Shown here one piece after another: positions 8,935 to 18,613 of a DNA stretch of 64,000 nucleotides (the first letter of the stretch is position 1; the number at the start of each line of letters is the position of its first letter). The notes beneath the pieces are model-generated. The model was not told where the DNA came from. It made no database searches and was given only the letters and a program-made list of their open reading frames with translations. Source of the DNA: Candidatus Cloacimonadales bacterium. GTDB lineage: Bacteria; Cloacimonadota; Cloacimonadia; Cloacimonadales; JAFGVF01. Made by a program: the position numbers and the translations under genes. The stretch covers positions 96,001-160,000 of the forward strand of contig OY782781.1 of assembly GCA_963678315.1 (NCBI GenBank). The letters run 5' to 3'.

Positions 8935-10008
8935 ATGGAAAATATTAATTTAAAGGACAATACTCTATATATAATAGGGAATCTCACAATAAAGGAGATT
9001 CCTGATATTATTGCTAACTTTCAAAAGCTGTCTAAAAAGAGCTTTGATAAAATTGATTTAAAGAATCTTGAATCTATGGACGGAGCAGGCGTAGCTTTTA
9101 TTGAAGATGTACTAGCAAGCTCAAAATTAGATAAGAATTCTTTGATAAATGTAGCAGATAACTTTGCAAGGACCTTAGAAGTATTCTCTTCACAGTCAAT
9201 AAAGCAAGCATCAGCTCCTAACAAAATGAGTTATTTTGAATCATTAGGTGATAAAACTTACACTTTTTTGAATGAATTATACGAAGGAATTATACTAGCT
9301 TCCGATGCAATTTGGTATAGTATTGCCGGCATTTTTAATCCTAAAGGGAGAAGAAAAGGCTCTGTTACTGAACAAGCTATACTAATAGGTCTAGATGCTT
9401 TACCTATTATCACACTACTTTCTTTTGTTATTGGCTTTATTCTTACCTTACAATCAGGTTTCCAACTACAGAAGTTTGGTGCAAATGTCTATATTGCAGA
9501 CCTTCTTGGAATATCAATAGTAAGAGAAATGGGACCACTAATCACTGCAATCATAATTGCAGGTAGATCTGGTTCTGCTATAGCTTCTGAAATTGCAACT
9601 ATGAAAGTCACAGAGGAGATAGATGCTCTTAAAATGATGGCCTTAAACCCAATTAAATATGTTATAGTTCCAAAATTCCATGCTATAACTTATACTATGC
9701 CAATATTAGTTGCTTATTCTGTGATTATCAGTTTGGGAGCTGGACTACTTATTTCAGTTGGAATGTTAGATGTAGCCCTTGAAGTATATATTAACAGAAT
9801 TGTCAATATTCTTGCCATGAAGGATATTTTCTTAAGTCTAGCAAAAAGTATCTGCTTCGCTTGGTTAATCGTGGTTATCGGATCATATTTTGGAATGAAA
9901 GTTAGAGGTGGAGCTGAAGGTGTAGGTAAGGCTACAACTAGCTCTGTTGTTGCTTCAATCTTTGCAGTTATCCTAGCAGATGCTGCATTCAGTTTAGCCT
10001 ATTTATAG
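8935..10008 (+). CDS. mlaE: MlaE-family ABC permease with N-terminal STAS (MlaB-like) domain
   Basis: IDLKNLESMDGAG (STAS); REMGPLITAIIIAGRSGSAIASEIATMKVTEEIDAL; GGAEGVGKATT. Confidence 0.95.
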   Translation: MENINLKDNTLYIIGNLTIKEIPDIIANFQKLSKKSFDKIDLKNLESMDGAGVAFIEDVLASSKLDKNSLINVADNFARTLEVFSSQSIKQASAPNKMSYFESLGDKTYTFLNELYEGIILASDAIWYSIAGIFNPKGRRKGSVTEQAILIGLDALPIITLLSFVIGFILTLQSGFQLQKFGANVYIADLLGISIVREMGPLITAIIIAGRSGSAIASEIATMKVTEEIDALKMMALNPIKYVIVPKFHAITYTMPILVAYSVIISLGAGLLISVGMLDVALEVYINRIVNILAMKDIFLSLAKSICFAWLIVVIGSYFGMKVRGGAEGVGKATTSSVVASIFAVILADAAFSLAYL

Positions 10009-10012
10009 AATT

Positions 10013-10756
10013 ATGAAGAAAGAAATAATAATTAAAACCACCGATTTAGTAGCCAAGTATGGAGACAAAACTATTCTTGATGGTATATCTGTTGAAATGT
10101 ACAAGGGCCAAGTAACAGTAATTCTTGGTTCTAGTGGATGTGGTAAAACAACATTACTAAAGAACATTCTTAAGATGTACCAACCCCACGCTGGGAAAGT
10201 AGAAATTCTAGGTCAAGATGTAACTAACATGGAAGAAGAAGAATTTGATGAAGTGCTTAAACAGACTGGAATGCTCTTCCAAAATGGAGCTCTTCTTAAT
10301 TCAATTACTGTCTACGATAATGTAGCTATCCCCCTTGAACAACATACAAAACTACCTCGAAATATAATTGATAGAATTATCAGAACTAAATTGCACTTGG
10401 TTAACCTTGACCATGCAGTCTTCCTCACTCCCTCTGAATTATCAGGTGGTATGAAAAAAAGGGCTGCACTTGCAAGAGCGCTGGCTTTAGAGCCTGCAAT
10501 ATTATTCTGTGATGAACCTTCAGCAGGTCTTGATCCCATTACCAGTGCAGATTTAGATGCTCTTATCATTAACCTCAAGAAGCAGTTGCAAATGTCAATG
10601 GTTATTGTTACTCATGAGCTAGCATCCATTCATAGAATAGCTGATAGAATAGTATTCTTACATAAAGGTCATTTACTCTTTAATGGAACTTTGGAGGATG
10701 CAAAACAATCAGGAATTCCTGAAGTAATTGAATTCTTTGAAACAGGTTCCTTCTAA
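10013..10756 (+). CDS. mlaF: MlaF-family ABC ATPase
   Basis: Walker A GSSGCGKT, MLFQNGALL, ELSGGMKKRAALARA, DEPSAGLDP. Confidence 0.95.
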   Translation: MKKEIIIKTTDLVAKYGDKTILDGISVEMYKGQVTVILGSSGCGKTTLLKNILKMYQPHAGKVEILGQDVTNMEEEEFDEVLKQTGMLFQNGALLNSITVYDNVAIPLEQHTKLPRNIIDRIIRTKLHLVNLDHAVFLTPSELSGGMKKRAALARALALEPAILFCDEPSAGLDPITSADLDALIINLKKQLQMSMVIVTHELASIHRIADRIVFLHKGHLLFNGTLEDAKQSGIPEVIEFFETGSF

Positions 10757-10827
10757 ACTAATAAATATTTCTTGAAAGATTTCAGCAGATATGATTTCTG
10801 GATTTAAAATATTTAAGGATTAATTTA

Positions 10828-12573
10828 ATGACAAAAATATATAAAGTCTTACTCTTATCAATCATTCTTACTTTTAGCTTTTCTATTGCATTAAGCCAAG
10901 AAGCTAGCGATTCTTTAGATGTAATTGCTATGCCAGATTCACTGGTTATTCAAGCAATTCTAGACTCTCTTGATAATCTTGAAAATCAAAAAGATATAAT
11001 TGATTATGAAGCATACAAAGATTTGTTTAACAAGATTGATTCTTATAAAACTAATAGTAGAGAAGACTTTCAATTTGATTCTCCCAATGCAAATATCTAT
11101 TCAGCACAAGACCACTATTTTGCTTCAGAATCAAACAATTTTATAGTTAGGAAGAACGGATTTACTGAGCTTTCAAATACCCAAGCTTCTTATATGAAGC
11201 TACAACATTATAACAGGTTTTATAAGCAAACACATTCAGCTGGAATATACTCTTTAGAAAAAGAATATTACCAATTACCTGTTACTATCTTAGAAGCTGT
11301 CTCCGGGTTAGGAGACTATGATTTAGGAACTGCTTACTTTGCTATCAAGAAGAATCATTTTAGGAATAAATATAATCTTGATGCTAGAATGAACTTCTTA
11401 AAAGCCAACCTTTATTATGGCGAAGAGCTTGCTTCTAACAGCTCAGTTAATTTACTTGCCCCCCTATATGAAGATATAAAGCTTGAAGTAGCTTATAATT
11501 CAGTATCTTATGAAGGACCATTTACAAAGCTTTTACCTGCCTTCAGAATCTCTGAAGCTATATTCGAAGAGAACTCTCAATCATTCTCAGGATTAGTAAA
11601 AAGCAAGTACTTTGATTTTGGTATCAAATACTCTTCTGAAGAATACAGAAAGATTATGCCAGAGATTCTAAAACAAAATACAAGTCAGTTCATTCTTGGT
11701 AAAGAATATTCCTCTGAAGACTTTAGATTGAAGACCTCCTACGAGTTCTTCCTTAAAGATGAAAACTTCTACTCACAAGAATTGAATTCTTTATCTTCAG
11801 ATATTAATCATCTTCTTTATGCTGAACTTGACTATAGAAAAAGCACATTCTTTACAGAAAACAGACTTCTCTTAAGTGAGCCTTATCAAGTTAACTCTTC
11901 AAGTAAGTTAGGTTATTCATTTAATGATGATATTAGATTATATCTACAAACTGACTTTAGCAAAAGCCGTAAGAAAACAAACTTATTCCCTGATAATCCG
12001 GAATGGACAGCTTTAATTACTGATCACACTTACCTCAATGAGAATAGTTACTTAGCATTAGGATCTTCTTATCATGATTCAACCTTCTACTTACAAGGAA
12101 ACATTGGTCTTGCAGATATTGAGTTCGAAAACATATCACTTGATAGCAGAGAAGAATACTCTGCTCTTAAATCAGAGCTTGAAGCAAGCATAAAGCATAA
12201 GTATAATAAGTATTCAATAAACTACAATACTAAACTAAAAGGCTATTATGAATTAGATGGCTACGATATGATGCTAACTCCAGCACTTATCATGACTAAT
12301 TCTTTGGACATTGCTCGTGATGTAGGATATAACAACTATGTAAAAGCTGGTTTATCTCATCATTATGGAGCAAGTTACTATGGTTTTGAGGACAACTTCT
12401 TAGTTTCCTACCAAGACACTTCATTACTTGATGCTTATATTGGTTTTCAGATAACAAGATTATTTGAACTAAGAACAAGCTTTAAGAATATTCTTAATCG
12501 TGACATAATTTATGGATATAAAAACATACCTCAATCTGTAATTGTAACAGTATCTTGGAACTTTATTAATTAG
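10828..12573 (+). CDS. Putative outer-membrane beta-barrel (porin/TonB-receptor-like barrel)
   Basis: Signal peptide; Tyr/Phe-rich alternating strands; C-terminus FKNIL..VTVSWNFIN. Confidence 0.65.
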   Translation: MTKIYKVLLLSIILTFSFSIALSQEASDSLDVIAMPDSLVIQAILDSLDNLENQKDIIDYEAYKDLFNKIDSYKTNSREDFQFDSPNANIYSAQDHYFASESNNFIVRKNGFTELSNTQASYMKLQHYNRFYKQTHSAGIYSLEKEYYQLPVTILEAVSGLGDYDLGTAYFAIKKNHFRNKYNLDARMNFLKANLYYGEELASNSSVNLLAPLYEDIKLEVAYNSVSYEGPFTKLLPAFRISEAIFEENSQSFSGLVKSKYFDFGIKYSSEEYRKIMPEILKQNTSQFILGKEYSSEDFRLKTSYEFFLKDENFYSQELNSLSSDINHLLYAELDYRKSTFFTENRLLLSEPYQVNSSSKLGYSFNDDIRLYLQTDFSKSRKKTNLFPDNPEWTALITDHTYLNENSYLALGSSYHDSTFYLQGNIGLADIEFENISLDSREEYSALKSELEASIKHKYNKYSINYNTKLKGYYELDGYDMMLTPALIMTNSLDIARDVGYNNYVKAGLSHHYGASYYGFEDNFLVSYQDTSLLDAYIGFQITRLFELRTSFKNILNRDIIYGYKNIPQSVIVTVSWNFIN

Positions 12574-12651
12574 AATTGGATAATTTTTCTTGCTATAAAA
12601 ATATGCTGTTATTTTTTGGTGATATAAACATATATATTTAAGGAGTTAAGA

Positions 12652-13653
12652 ATGGCTTTCAACTTAAGAAACAGAAATTTTCTTACATTACTTGATTTCA
12701 CTCCAAAAGAAATCAATTATCTTTTAGACCTTTCTAGAGATTTAAAAAGAGCTAAATACACTGGTACAGAACAACCTAGATTAAAAGGCAAAAATATTGC
12801 TTTAATCTTTGAAAAAAGCTCTACAAGAACACGTTGTGCTTTCGAAGTAGCTGCTTATGACCAAGGTGCTCACGTAACTTACTTAGGACCTTCAGGTTCT
12901 CAAATCGGTTACAAAGAATCTATGGCTGATACTGCTAGAGTATTAGGTAGAATGTATGACGGTATTGAATACCGTGGTTACGGTCAAGCTATCGTTGAAG
13001 AATTAGGTGAATATGCTGGTGTTCCTGTTTGGAACGGTTTAACTACTGAATATCACCCAACTCAAATTTTAGCTGACTTCTTAACTATCCAAGAACATAT
13101 CAACAAACCTCTTAATGAAGTTGTTTTCACATATGTTGGCGATGGTAGAAATAACATGGGTAACAGCCTTATGGTTGGTGCTGCTAAAATGGGTATGGAC
13201 TTCAGAATCGTTGCTCCTAAATCTTTATTCCCTAGTGATGAATTAGTTGCTAAATGCCAAGAAATCGGTAAAGAAACTGGTGCTACAATCATGCTTACTG
13301 AAGACATCGCTCAAGGTGTTAAAGATGCTGATGCTATCTATACTGACGTATGGGTTTCAATGGGTGAAGCTGAAGAAGTTTGGGCTCAAAGAATTGAACT
13401 TCTTAAACCATTCCAAGTTAATAAAGCTATGATGGATTTAACAGGCAAGAAAGAAACTATCTTCATGCACTGTCTTCCTTCTTTCCATGATACAAAAACT
13501 ACTGTTGGTAAAGAAGTATTCGAAAAATTCGGTATCGATTCTCAAGAAGTATCTGATGAAGTATTTGAATCAGAAAACTCTGTTGTTTTCGATGAAGCTG
13601 AAAACAGAATGCATACAATTAAAGCTGTTATGGTTGCTACTTTAGGTGACTAG
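12652..13653 (+). CDS. argF: Ornithine carbamoyltransferase (ArgF/ArcB)
   Basis: [39 protein letters not shown]. Confidence 0.97.
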   Translation: MAFNLRNRNFLTLLDFTPKEINYLLDLSRDLKRAKYTGTEQPRLKGKNIALIFEKSSTRTRCAFEVAAYDQGAHVTYLGPSGSQIGYKESMADTARVLGRMYDGIEYRGYGQAIVEELGEYAGVPVWNGLTTEYHPTQILADFLTIQEHINKPLNEVVFTYVGDGRNNMGNSLMVGAAKMGMDFRIVAPKSLFPSDELVAKCQEIGKETGATIMLTEDIAQGVKDADAIYTDVWVSMGEAEEVWAQRIELLKPFQVNKAMMDLTGKKETIFMHCLPSFHDTKTTVGKEVFEKFGIDSQEVSDEVFESENSVVFDEAENRMHTIKAVMVATLGD

Positions 13654-13680
13654 TTTTAATATAGCTTAATTATATATTTT

Positions 13681-13723
13681 AAAAGCACAGACTAATATTG
13701 AATATTTAGCTGTGCTTTTTTTT
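13681..13723 (+). terminator. Rho-independent terminator after argF
   Basis: aaaagcacag...ctgtgctttt stem followed by a T-tract. Confidence 0.8.
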
Positions 13724-13858
13724 GTAAGTTCTAATCACAGTTTATTGACAAGTTAAAACTCAGTATGTTTTTGATTTTTTACAAAAACAAATAAATTTTG
13801 TACTTATACATGAGTTTCCAACATTTTATCTTTTGTCAAAGCTATACAATCTAATAGA

Positions 13859-14203
13859 TTATATTTCTTCTCCCCCATAGTTCTTTAAAGCATAATCTCC
13901 CCATTCAGCAATAGCATATAATAGTGGTTTCAAGGTTAGTCCTAATTCAGTTAATGAATATTCTACTTTCACTGGACGCTCTTGAGCATAAACTCTTCTT
14001 TTAACAATGCCATCTTCTTCCAATTTCTTGAGCTGTAAACTAAGAGTTCTTTCAGTAACTCCTTCTAGTTTTTTTCTAAGCTGGCTGTACCTCAAAGGTC
14101 CTTCTAGAAGATAATAGAGGATAACAGTTTTCCATTTTCCTCCAATTATTCCCATAGTTAAGCTTGTACAACAAGGGTAATTTTTTCCATTAAACTTATA
14201 CAT
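13859..14203 (-). CDS. HxlR/DUF24-family winged-helix regulator
   Basis: YPCC..IGGKWK..LRYSQL..LSLQLKKLEEDG..VEYSLTELG. Confidence 0.95.
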   Translation of the reverse strand: MYKFNGKNYPCCTSLTMGIIGGKWKTVILYYLLEGPLRYSQLRKKLEGVTERTLSLQLKKLEEDGIVKRRVYAQERPVKVEYSLTELGLTLKPLLYAIAEWGDYALKNYGGEEI

Positions 14204-14327
14204 TATATGTTCCTTAATTATTTAACAATAAATTCAATTAGCAAGTATTTCTATACAATATCAACTAATTATTAATATAATTATATTATTTTCTTAACGG
14301 AATATTAGTCAAATTATTTCTATACTT

Positions 14328-14497
14328 ACTATACTTTTTATATTTAATGGAATTTTTATTGTACTTTTATTTATGTTTACATAGACTTTTATAATCTGCT
14401 TTACTGTTCCTATTATTATTAATATTGTTTCTCATTAAAAAAAAAGTATTGCCAATAATACAGCACTATATTTTTATGCACCTATAAAAAGTATAGT
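14328..14497. promoter_or_regulatory. Two putative HxlR-type operator sites in the divergent intergenic region
   Basis: actatactttttata (14328-14342) is the exact reverse complement of tataaaaagtatagt (14483-14497); core CTATA-N5-TATA(G/T). Confidence 0.55.
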
Positions 14498-14533
14498 TAA
14501 GGTAAAAGTTATATTTACCTGAAGGAATTAGAT

Positions 14534-14830
14534 ATGAATAGTACAAAAATAACTGTTGTTGCAAGAATTATTGTTAAGGAAGAAAAAAGAGATTTTGTTA
14601 AGAATGAACTAATGAAGTTGATTGATATTACTAGAAAAGAGAAAGGTTGTATTAACTACGATTTACATCAGGATAATAACAATCCAAATTTATTTATTTT
14701 CCATGAGAATTGGGAGAATAAAGAACTTCTTGAAACTCACTTACAAAATGACCACTTAAAACAATATTTAGAAGCTACAGATGGTTGTGTTAATGAATTC
14801 ATCATTCATGAACTAACTCAAATCGGATAA
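14534..14830 (+). CDS. Putative quinol monooxygenase (ABM domain)
   Basis: TRKEKGCINYDLHQD..FHENW..HL. Confidence 0.9.
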   Translation: MNSTKITVVARIIVKEEKRDFVKNELMKLIDITRKEKGCINYDLHQDNNNPNLFIFHENWENKELLETHLQNDHLKQYLEATDGCVNEFIIHELTQIG

Positions 14831-14862
14831 AAACACTTAACTGCTAGGAAAGAGAGAATACA

Positions 14863-15549
14863 ATGACAAATGCAGCAAAATTAGCACATAGAAAAGAAGA
14901 AATACTTAGTGCATACAGATACAGACAAGCAATCAAAGAGTTTAGAGTAGATAAGAAGATTAGTGATGAAGATTTCGAATTCATTCTTGAGACAGCTAGA
15001 TTATCTCCAAGTTCATTTGGTTGGGAACCATGGAAGTTTCTAGTAATTCAGAATATGGATTTGAGAGAAAAGTTAAAAGAATACAGCTGGGGAGCCCAAA
15101 AGCAACTTCCTACAGCTAGTCATTTTGTGATAATTTTAGCTAGAAAAGCTGATGATTTGTTACCAACTTCTGACTACCTTAAATACATATCTAGAGAAGT
15201 TAATCATCTTCCTAAAGAGATAGAAGATATGAAATTAGACTTCTTTGGTAAGTTCCAACAAAATGATTTTGATTTAACTGACCGCACTAAGATATTCGCC
15301 TGGTCTACTAAACAAACCTATTTACCTTTCGCAAATATGATGACAGCAGCAGCTCAAATCGGAATTGATTCATGTCCTATTGAAGGCTTTAATATTGAAA
15401 AAGTAGAAGAGCTTTTGATTAATGAAGGCTTATTAGATAGCTCAAAATTTGGTATTTCTGCCATGGTCGCTTTTGGCTATAAAGCAGCTGACTTAGAGTG
15501 GCCTAAAACAAGAAGACCTATTGAAAAAGTAGTTGAGTGGGTTAAATAA
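14863..15549 (+). CDS. NAD(P)H-dependent nitroreductase
   Basis: ARLSPSSFGWEPWKF, IGIDSCPIEGF. Confidence 0.93.
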   Translation: MTNAAKLAHRKEEILSAYRYRQAIKEFRVDKKISDEDFEFILETARLSPSSFGWEPWKFLVIQNMDLREKLKEYSWGAQKQLPTASHFVIILARKADDLLPTSDYLKYISREVNHLPKEIEDMKLDFFGKFQQNDFDLTDRTKIFAWSTKQTYLPFANMMTAAAQIGIDSCPIEGFNIEKVEELLINEGLLDSSKFGISAMVAFGYKAADLEWPKTRRPIEKVVEWVK

Positions 15550-15567
15550 CTCTTAAGGGAAGTAAGC

Positions 15568-16374
15568 ATGAAAAAGACTATTTTAGTAACAGGATCTACT
15601 GACGGAATTGGTAAAATTGTAGCTATGGATTTTGCTAGAGATGGCCATGAAGTAATTATTCATGGTAGAAATGCTAGCAAAGTTCAGAAAGTTGTTAAAG
15701 ATATTATTGGAGAAACTTCCAACAATTCCGTGAAAGGATATATTGCTGATTTCTCTGACTTTACAAGCATCACCGCTTTGGCAGATAAATTAATGCAAGA
15801 AGTTTCAAAGATTGATATTTTAATTAATAACGCTGGTGTTTTTAAGAGTAAGCTTAAACAAAACAAGAATGGTTTAGATCTTCGTATGATGGTCAACTAC
15901 CTTGCTCCTTATCTTTTCACAAAGAAAGTTTTACCTCTTTTGAATAAGGCAAGAAAAGCAAGAATTATTAATCTTTCATCTGCTGCTCAAAGTCCGGTTT
16001 CTGTAAATATCCTAGAAGGTAAAGCACACTCTTCTGAAAATTCAACCTATGCTCAGAGTAAACTTGCTCTTACCATGTGGTCTTTTGACTTAGCTAGTCA
16101 GTTAAACGACATAGCTGTAATTGCGGTAAACCCTGGTTCTCTTCTCAATACTAGAATGGCTAATGAAGCTTATGGAACCTTTTGGTCTTCTGCAACCAAG
16201 GGCTCTGATATATTGTACCAATTAGCTCTGAATCCAAAATTCGATAATGCTTCAGGTAAGTACTTCGATAATGATAATGCTTCATTTAATCAAGCACATC
16301 CTGATAGTTATGATAGGCAGAAGATTGCTACTCTGATTGAAAAAACAGATGAAATCATTAACAAGTTCATATAA
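15568..16374 (+). CDS. Short-chain dehydrogenase/reductase
   Basis: TGSTDGIG, NNAG, YAQSK. Confidence 0.93.
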   Translation: MKKTILVTGSTDGIGKIVAMDFARDGHEVIIHGRNASKVQKVVKDIIGETSNNSVKGYIADFSDFTSITALADKLMQEVSKIDILINNAGVFKSKLKQNKNGLDLRMMVNYLAPYLFTKKVLPLLNKARKARIINLSSAAQSPVSVNILEGKAHSSENSTYAQSKLALTMWSFDLASQLNDIAVIAVNPGSLLNTRMANEAYGTFWSSATKGSDILYQLALNPKFDNASGKYFDNDNASFNQAHPDSYDRQKIATLIEKTDEIINKFI

Positions 16375-16388
16375 AGGAATCAAATAAC

Positions 16389-17264
16389 ATGAAATATACA
16401 GATCCTGTTTATAGACCACCCTACGAAGCTGATAGTCTTCTTCTCCAAGTCACAGTTGGATGTGCTCACAACAAATGCACTTATTGTACAATGTATAGCG
16501 GTGTACAATTTTCTACAGAGACTCTTGAACAAGTTGAAGAAGACCTTAAAGAAGCAAAAGAACTTTATGGAAGTGTAAAAAGGGTTTTCCTGGTAAATGG
16601 AGATGCATTTGTCTTATCCTATTCAAAGTTAAAGCCTATTGCAGAAATGATTATAAAATACTTCCCTATGGTAGAAGTAATTACCATGTATGCTTCTATC
16701 AACAACATCAAATCAAAAACAGATGAGGAATTGCTTGAGCTGGCTAATCTAAGAATTAATGAACTATGGGTAGGAGTTGAAACTGGCCATTCAGCTACTT
16801 TAGATTACTTCAATAAAGGATTTTCTGTAAAAGATTCTTATGAGCAGTTACCTAGGCTGAACAAAGCAGGTATAAAACATATTGATATTTACATTTTAGG
16901 TGGTGCAGGAAAAGGTAAAGGAATTATTAATGCCCAAGAAAATGCTAAACTTATTAACGCTATCAAACCTATGGCAATTGCAACAACAACCATGGGAGCT
17001 TTTGGAGATAGTCAGCTAGCAATAGATGTCCAAAAAGGTATTTTCCAACCAGCAACAGAAAGAGAAGTTCTTGATGAGCAAAAGCTGTTAATAGAATTGA
17101 TTGAAGTGAACCTAGCCTATTTGGGAGTGCATGCTATTAATACAGTACCTTTTGATGCTAGACTTCCTAAACAGAGAATCCAAGCCTTAGACGTAATAGA
17201 TAAGGTTATCGACAAACTAGATGATGATTATCTAGATAGTATTCCTCAAAGAAATTCAATATAA
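16389..17264 (+). CDS. Radical SAM protein
   Basis: YRPPYE..GCAHNKCTYC (Cx4Cx2C variant of the radical SAM cluster motif); GVETG. Confidence 0.88.
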   Translation: MKYTDPVYRPPYEADSLLLQVTVGCAHNKCTYCTMYSGVQFSTETLEQVEEDLKEAKELYGSVKRVFLVNGDAFVLSYSKLKPIAEMIIKYFPMVEVITMYASINNIKSKTDEELLELANLRINELWVGVETGHSATLDYFNKGFSVKDSYEQLPRLNKAGIKHIDIYILGGAGKGKGIINAQENAKLINAIKPMAIATTTMGAFGDSQLAIDVQKGIFQPATEREVLDEQKLLIELIEVNLAYLGVHAINTVPFDARLPKQRIQALDVIDKVIDKLDDDYLDSIPQRNSI

Positions 17265-17337
17265 GTAAAATATAATAAAGATAGAAATAATCACAATAAC
17301 AGATACGCTACAATAGCGTCCAAAAAAGGAGATTGAT

Positions 17338-18126
17338 ATGGCAGATTGGAAAACATTAAGTGAAGAATTATCAGAATTATTAGAATTAGATTCAAAAGTA
17401 ATCTCAGTTAAACGATTAGAAAACAAAGATGGTTTGGAAGAAATAGAAGGCTTAGAAAGACCTAAAAGTGCTTTTACTTTCTGTCAATTACCATATTTAG
17501 TTAGAAAACAAGGAAAAACTGTTGGTATTACTAAAGAAGATGCTCAACCTTTAGCTGAAAAAATGCAATTAGGATACAGATGCCTTAGAATTCAAGGTTT
17601 AGCTCCATCAAACGAAGAACAAATTGATGCAGAAGCTAAAGGCTTCACAGGTTTCTGGTTCAACGATTATGAAACTGCTAAAGAAGCAGTATCTTCATAT
17701 CCTCCAGTTCCCTCAATAGAAGCCTTAGTTATGAGCCCTCTTGATGAAGTAAAATATGAACCTGAATATCTTTTAATTTATGCTAATGGTGGACAAATGA
17801 CCCTTTTAATGAACGGATTACAATACTTTAAATATGAACAAGTCCAATCTTACTTTGTTGGTGAAGGTTCTTGTGCAGACTCTCTTCCAAGATGTGTTGC
17901 AACAGGAAAACCATCTCTTTGTCTTCCATGCGTTGGAGAAAGAGGATTTGGACTTGTAAATGATGGAGAAATGGTTATTGCACTGCCTGCAGATAGACTA
18001 GAAAGAACTGTTGAAGGGTTAAAAGCACTAGCTAAAATTGGTCTTAAATATCCACTTGGCCATCAAGAAGCAGGTATGGATGTAACTGAATTATTTACAA
18101 CTTGGTATCCTAAACAAGATAAATAA
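17338..18126 (+). CDS. DUF169-family protein
   Basis: FCQ, PEYLLIYAN, GSCADS, LPCVGER pattern. Confidence 0.75.
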   Translation: MADWKTLSEELSELLELDSKVISVKRLENKDGLEEIEGLERPKSAFTFCQLPYLVRKQGKTVGITKEDAQPLAEKMQLGYRCLRIQGLAPSNEEQIDAEAKGFTGFWFNDYETAKEAVSSYPPVPSIEALVMSPLDEVKYEPEYLLIYANGGQMTLLMNGLQYFKYEQVQSYFVGEGSCADSLPRCVATGKPSLCLPCVGERGFGLVNDGEMVIALPADRLERTVEGLKALAKIGLKYPLGHQEAGMDVTELFTTWYPKQDK

Positions 18127-18148
18127 TTTATAGTTAGTAATTTTATTG

Positions 18149-18187
18149 AAGCACAGACTGATATTTATTGTTAAGCTGTGCTTTTTT
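18149..18187 (+). terminator. Rho-independent terminator, near-duplicate of the argF terminator
   Basis: aagcacag...ctgtgctttttt; 34/39 ungapped identity to 13683-13721. Confidence 0.8.
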
Positions 18188-18220
18188 ATTTAGGGAAACA
18201 AACTATCAATTTACCTCTTG

Positions 18221-18535
18221 CTTACTTGCCACCTTGAAAAAAAGCTGATTTTTCAAGGTGGCTAGTAAGGATGGAGTTAGGAGTGAGGAGTTGCTGAGGA
18301 TGGAGTGTAAGCATCCACCGATAGGTTGAAGGAACTTCATGCTTACGCAAAGTAAGTGTTTTTTCGTAGCCAAGGATGGCTACAATCCCAGAGCCCATGC
18401 TTTCAAGCATAGGTGAAGGAAGGACTGAGTAGTAATGGATTGTAAGCATCTACCGAAGGTTGAACAGAGTTCATGCTTACGATAATCAATAGCAAGCAGG
18501 GACTGTAACGGTCGAAGACTGTAGCTTACAATCCC
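18221..18535. repeat. Mosaic of REP-like palindromes
   Basis: gccaccttgaaaaa/tttttcaaggtggc hairpin; heptamer-like gagttaggagtgaggagtt; two GTAAGCAT..ATGCTTAC units (18307-18346, 18442-18480); shared with 54301-54408. Confidence 0.8.
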
Positions 18536-18613
18536 CTTTAAATAGCTACATCTACAATTATACAATAAAATTATTGACATCAATATAAACTTATAAATTA
18601 TAGTAAATAAAAA

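Noticed and set aside
18222..18583. ORF-track ORFs 18222-18449 and 18380-18583 (minus strand)
   Set aside because: They lie across the palindromic repeat mosaic, have no recognisable motifs, and are probably spurious.
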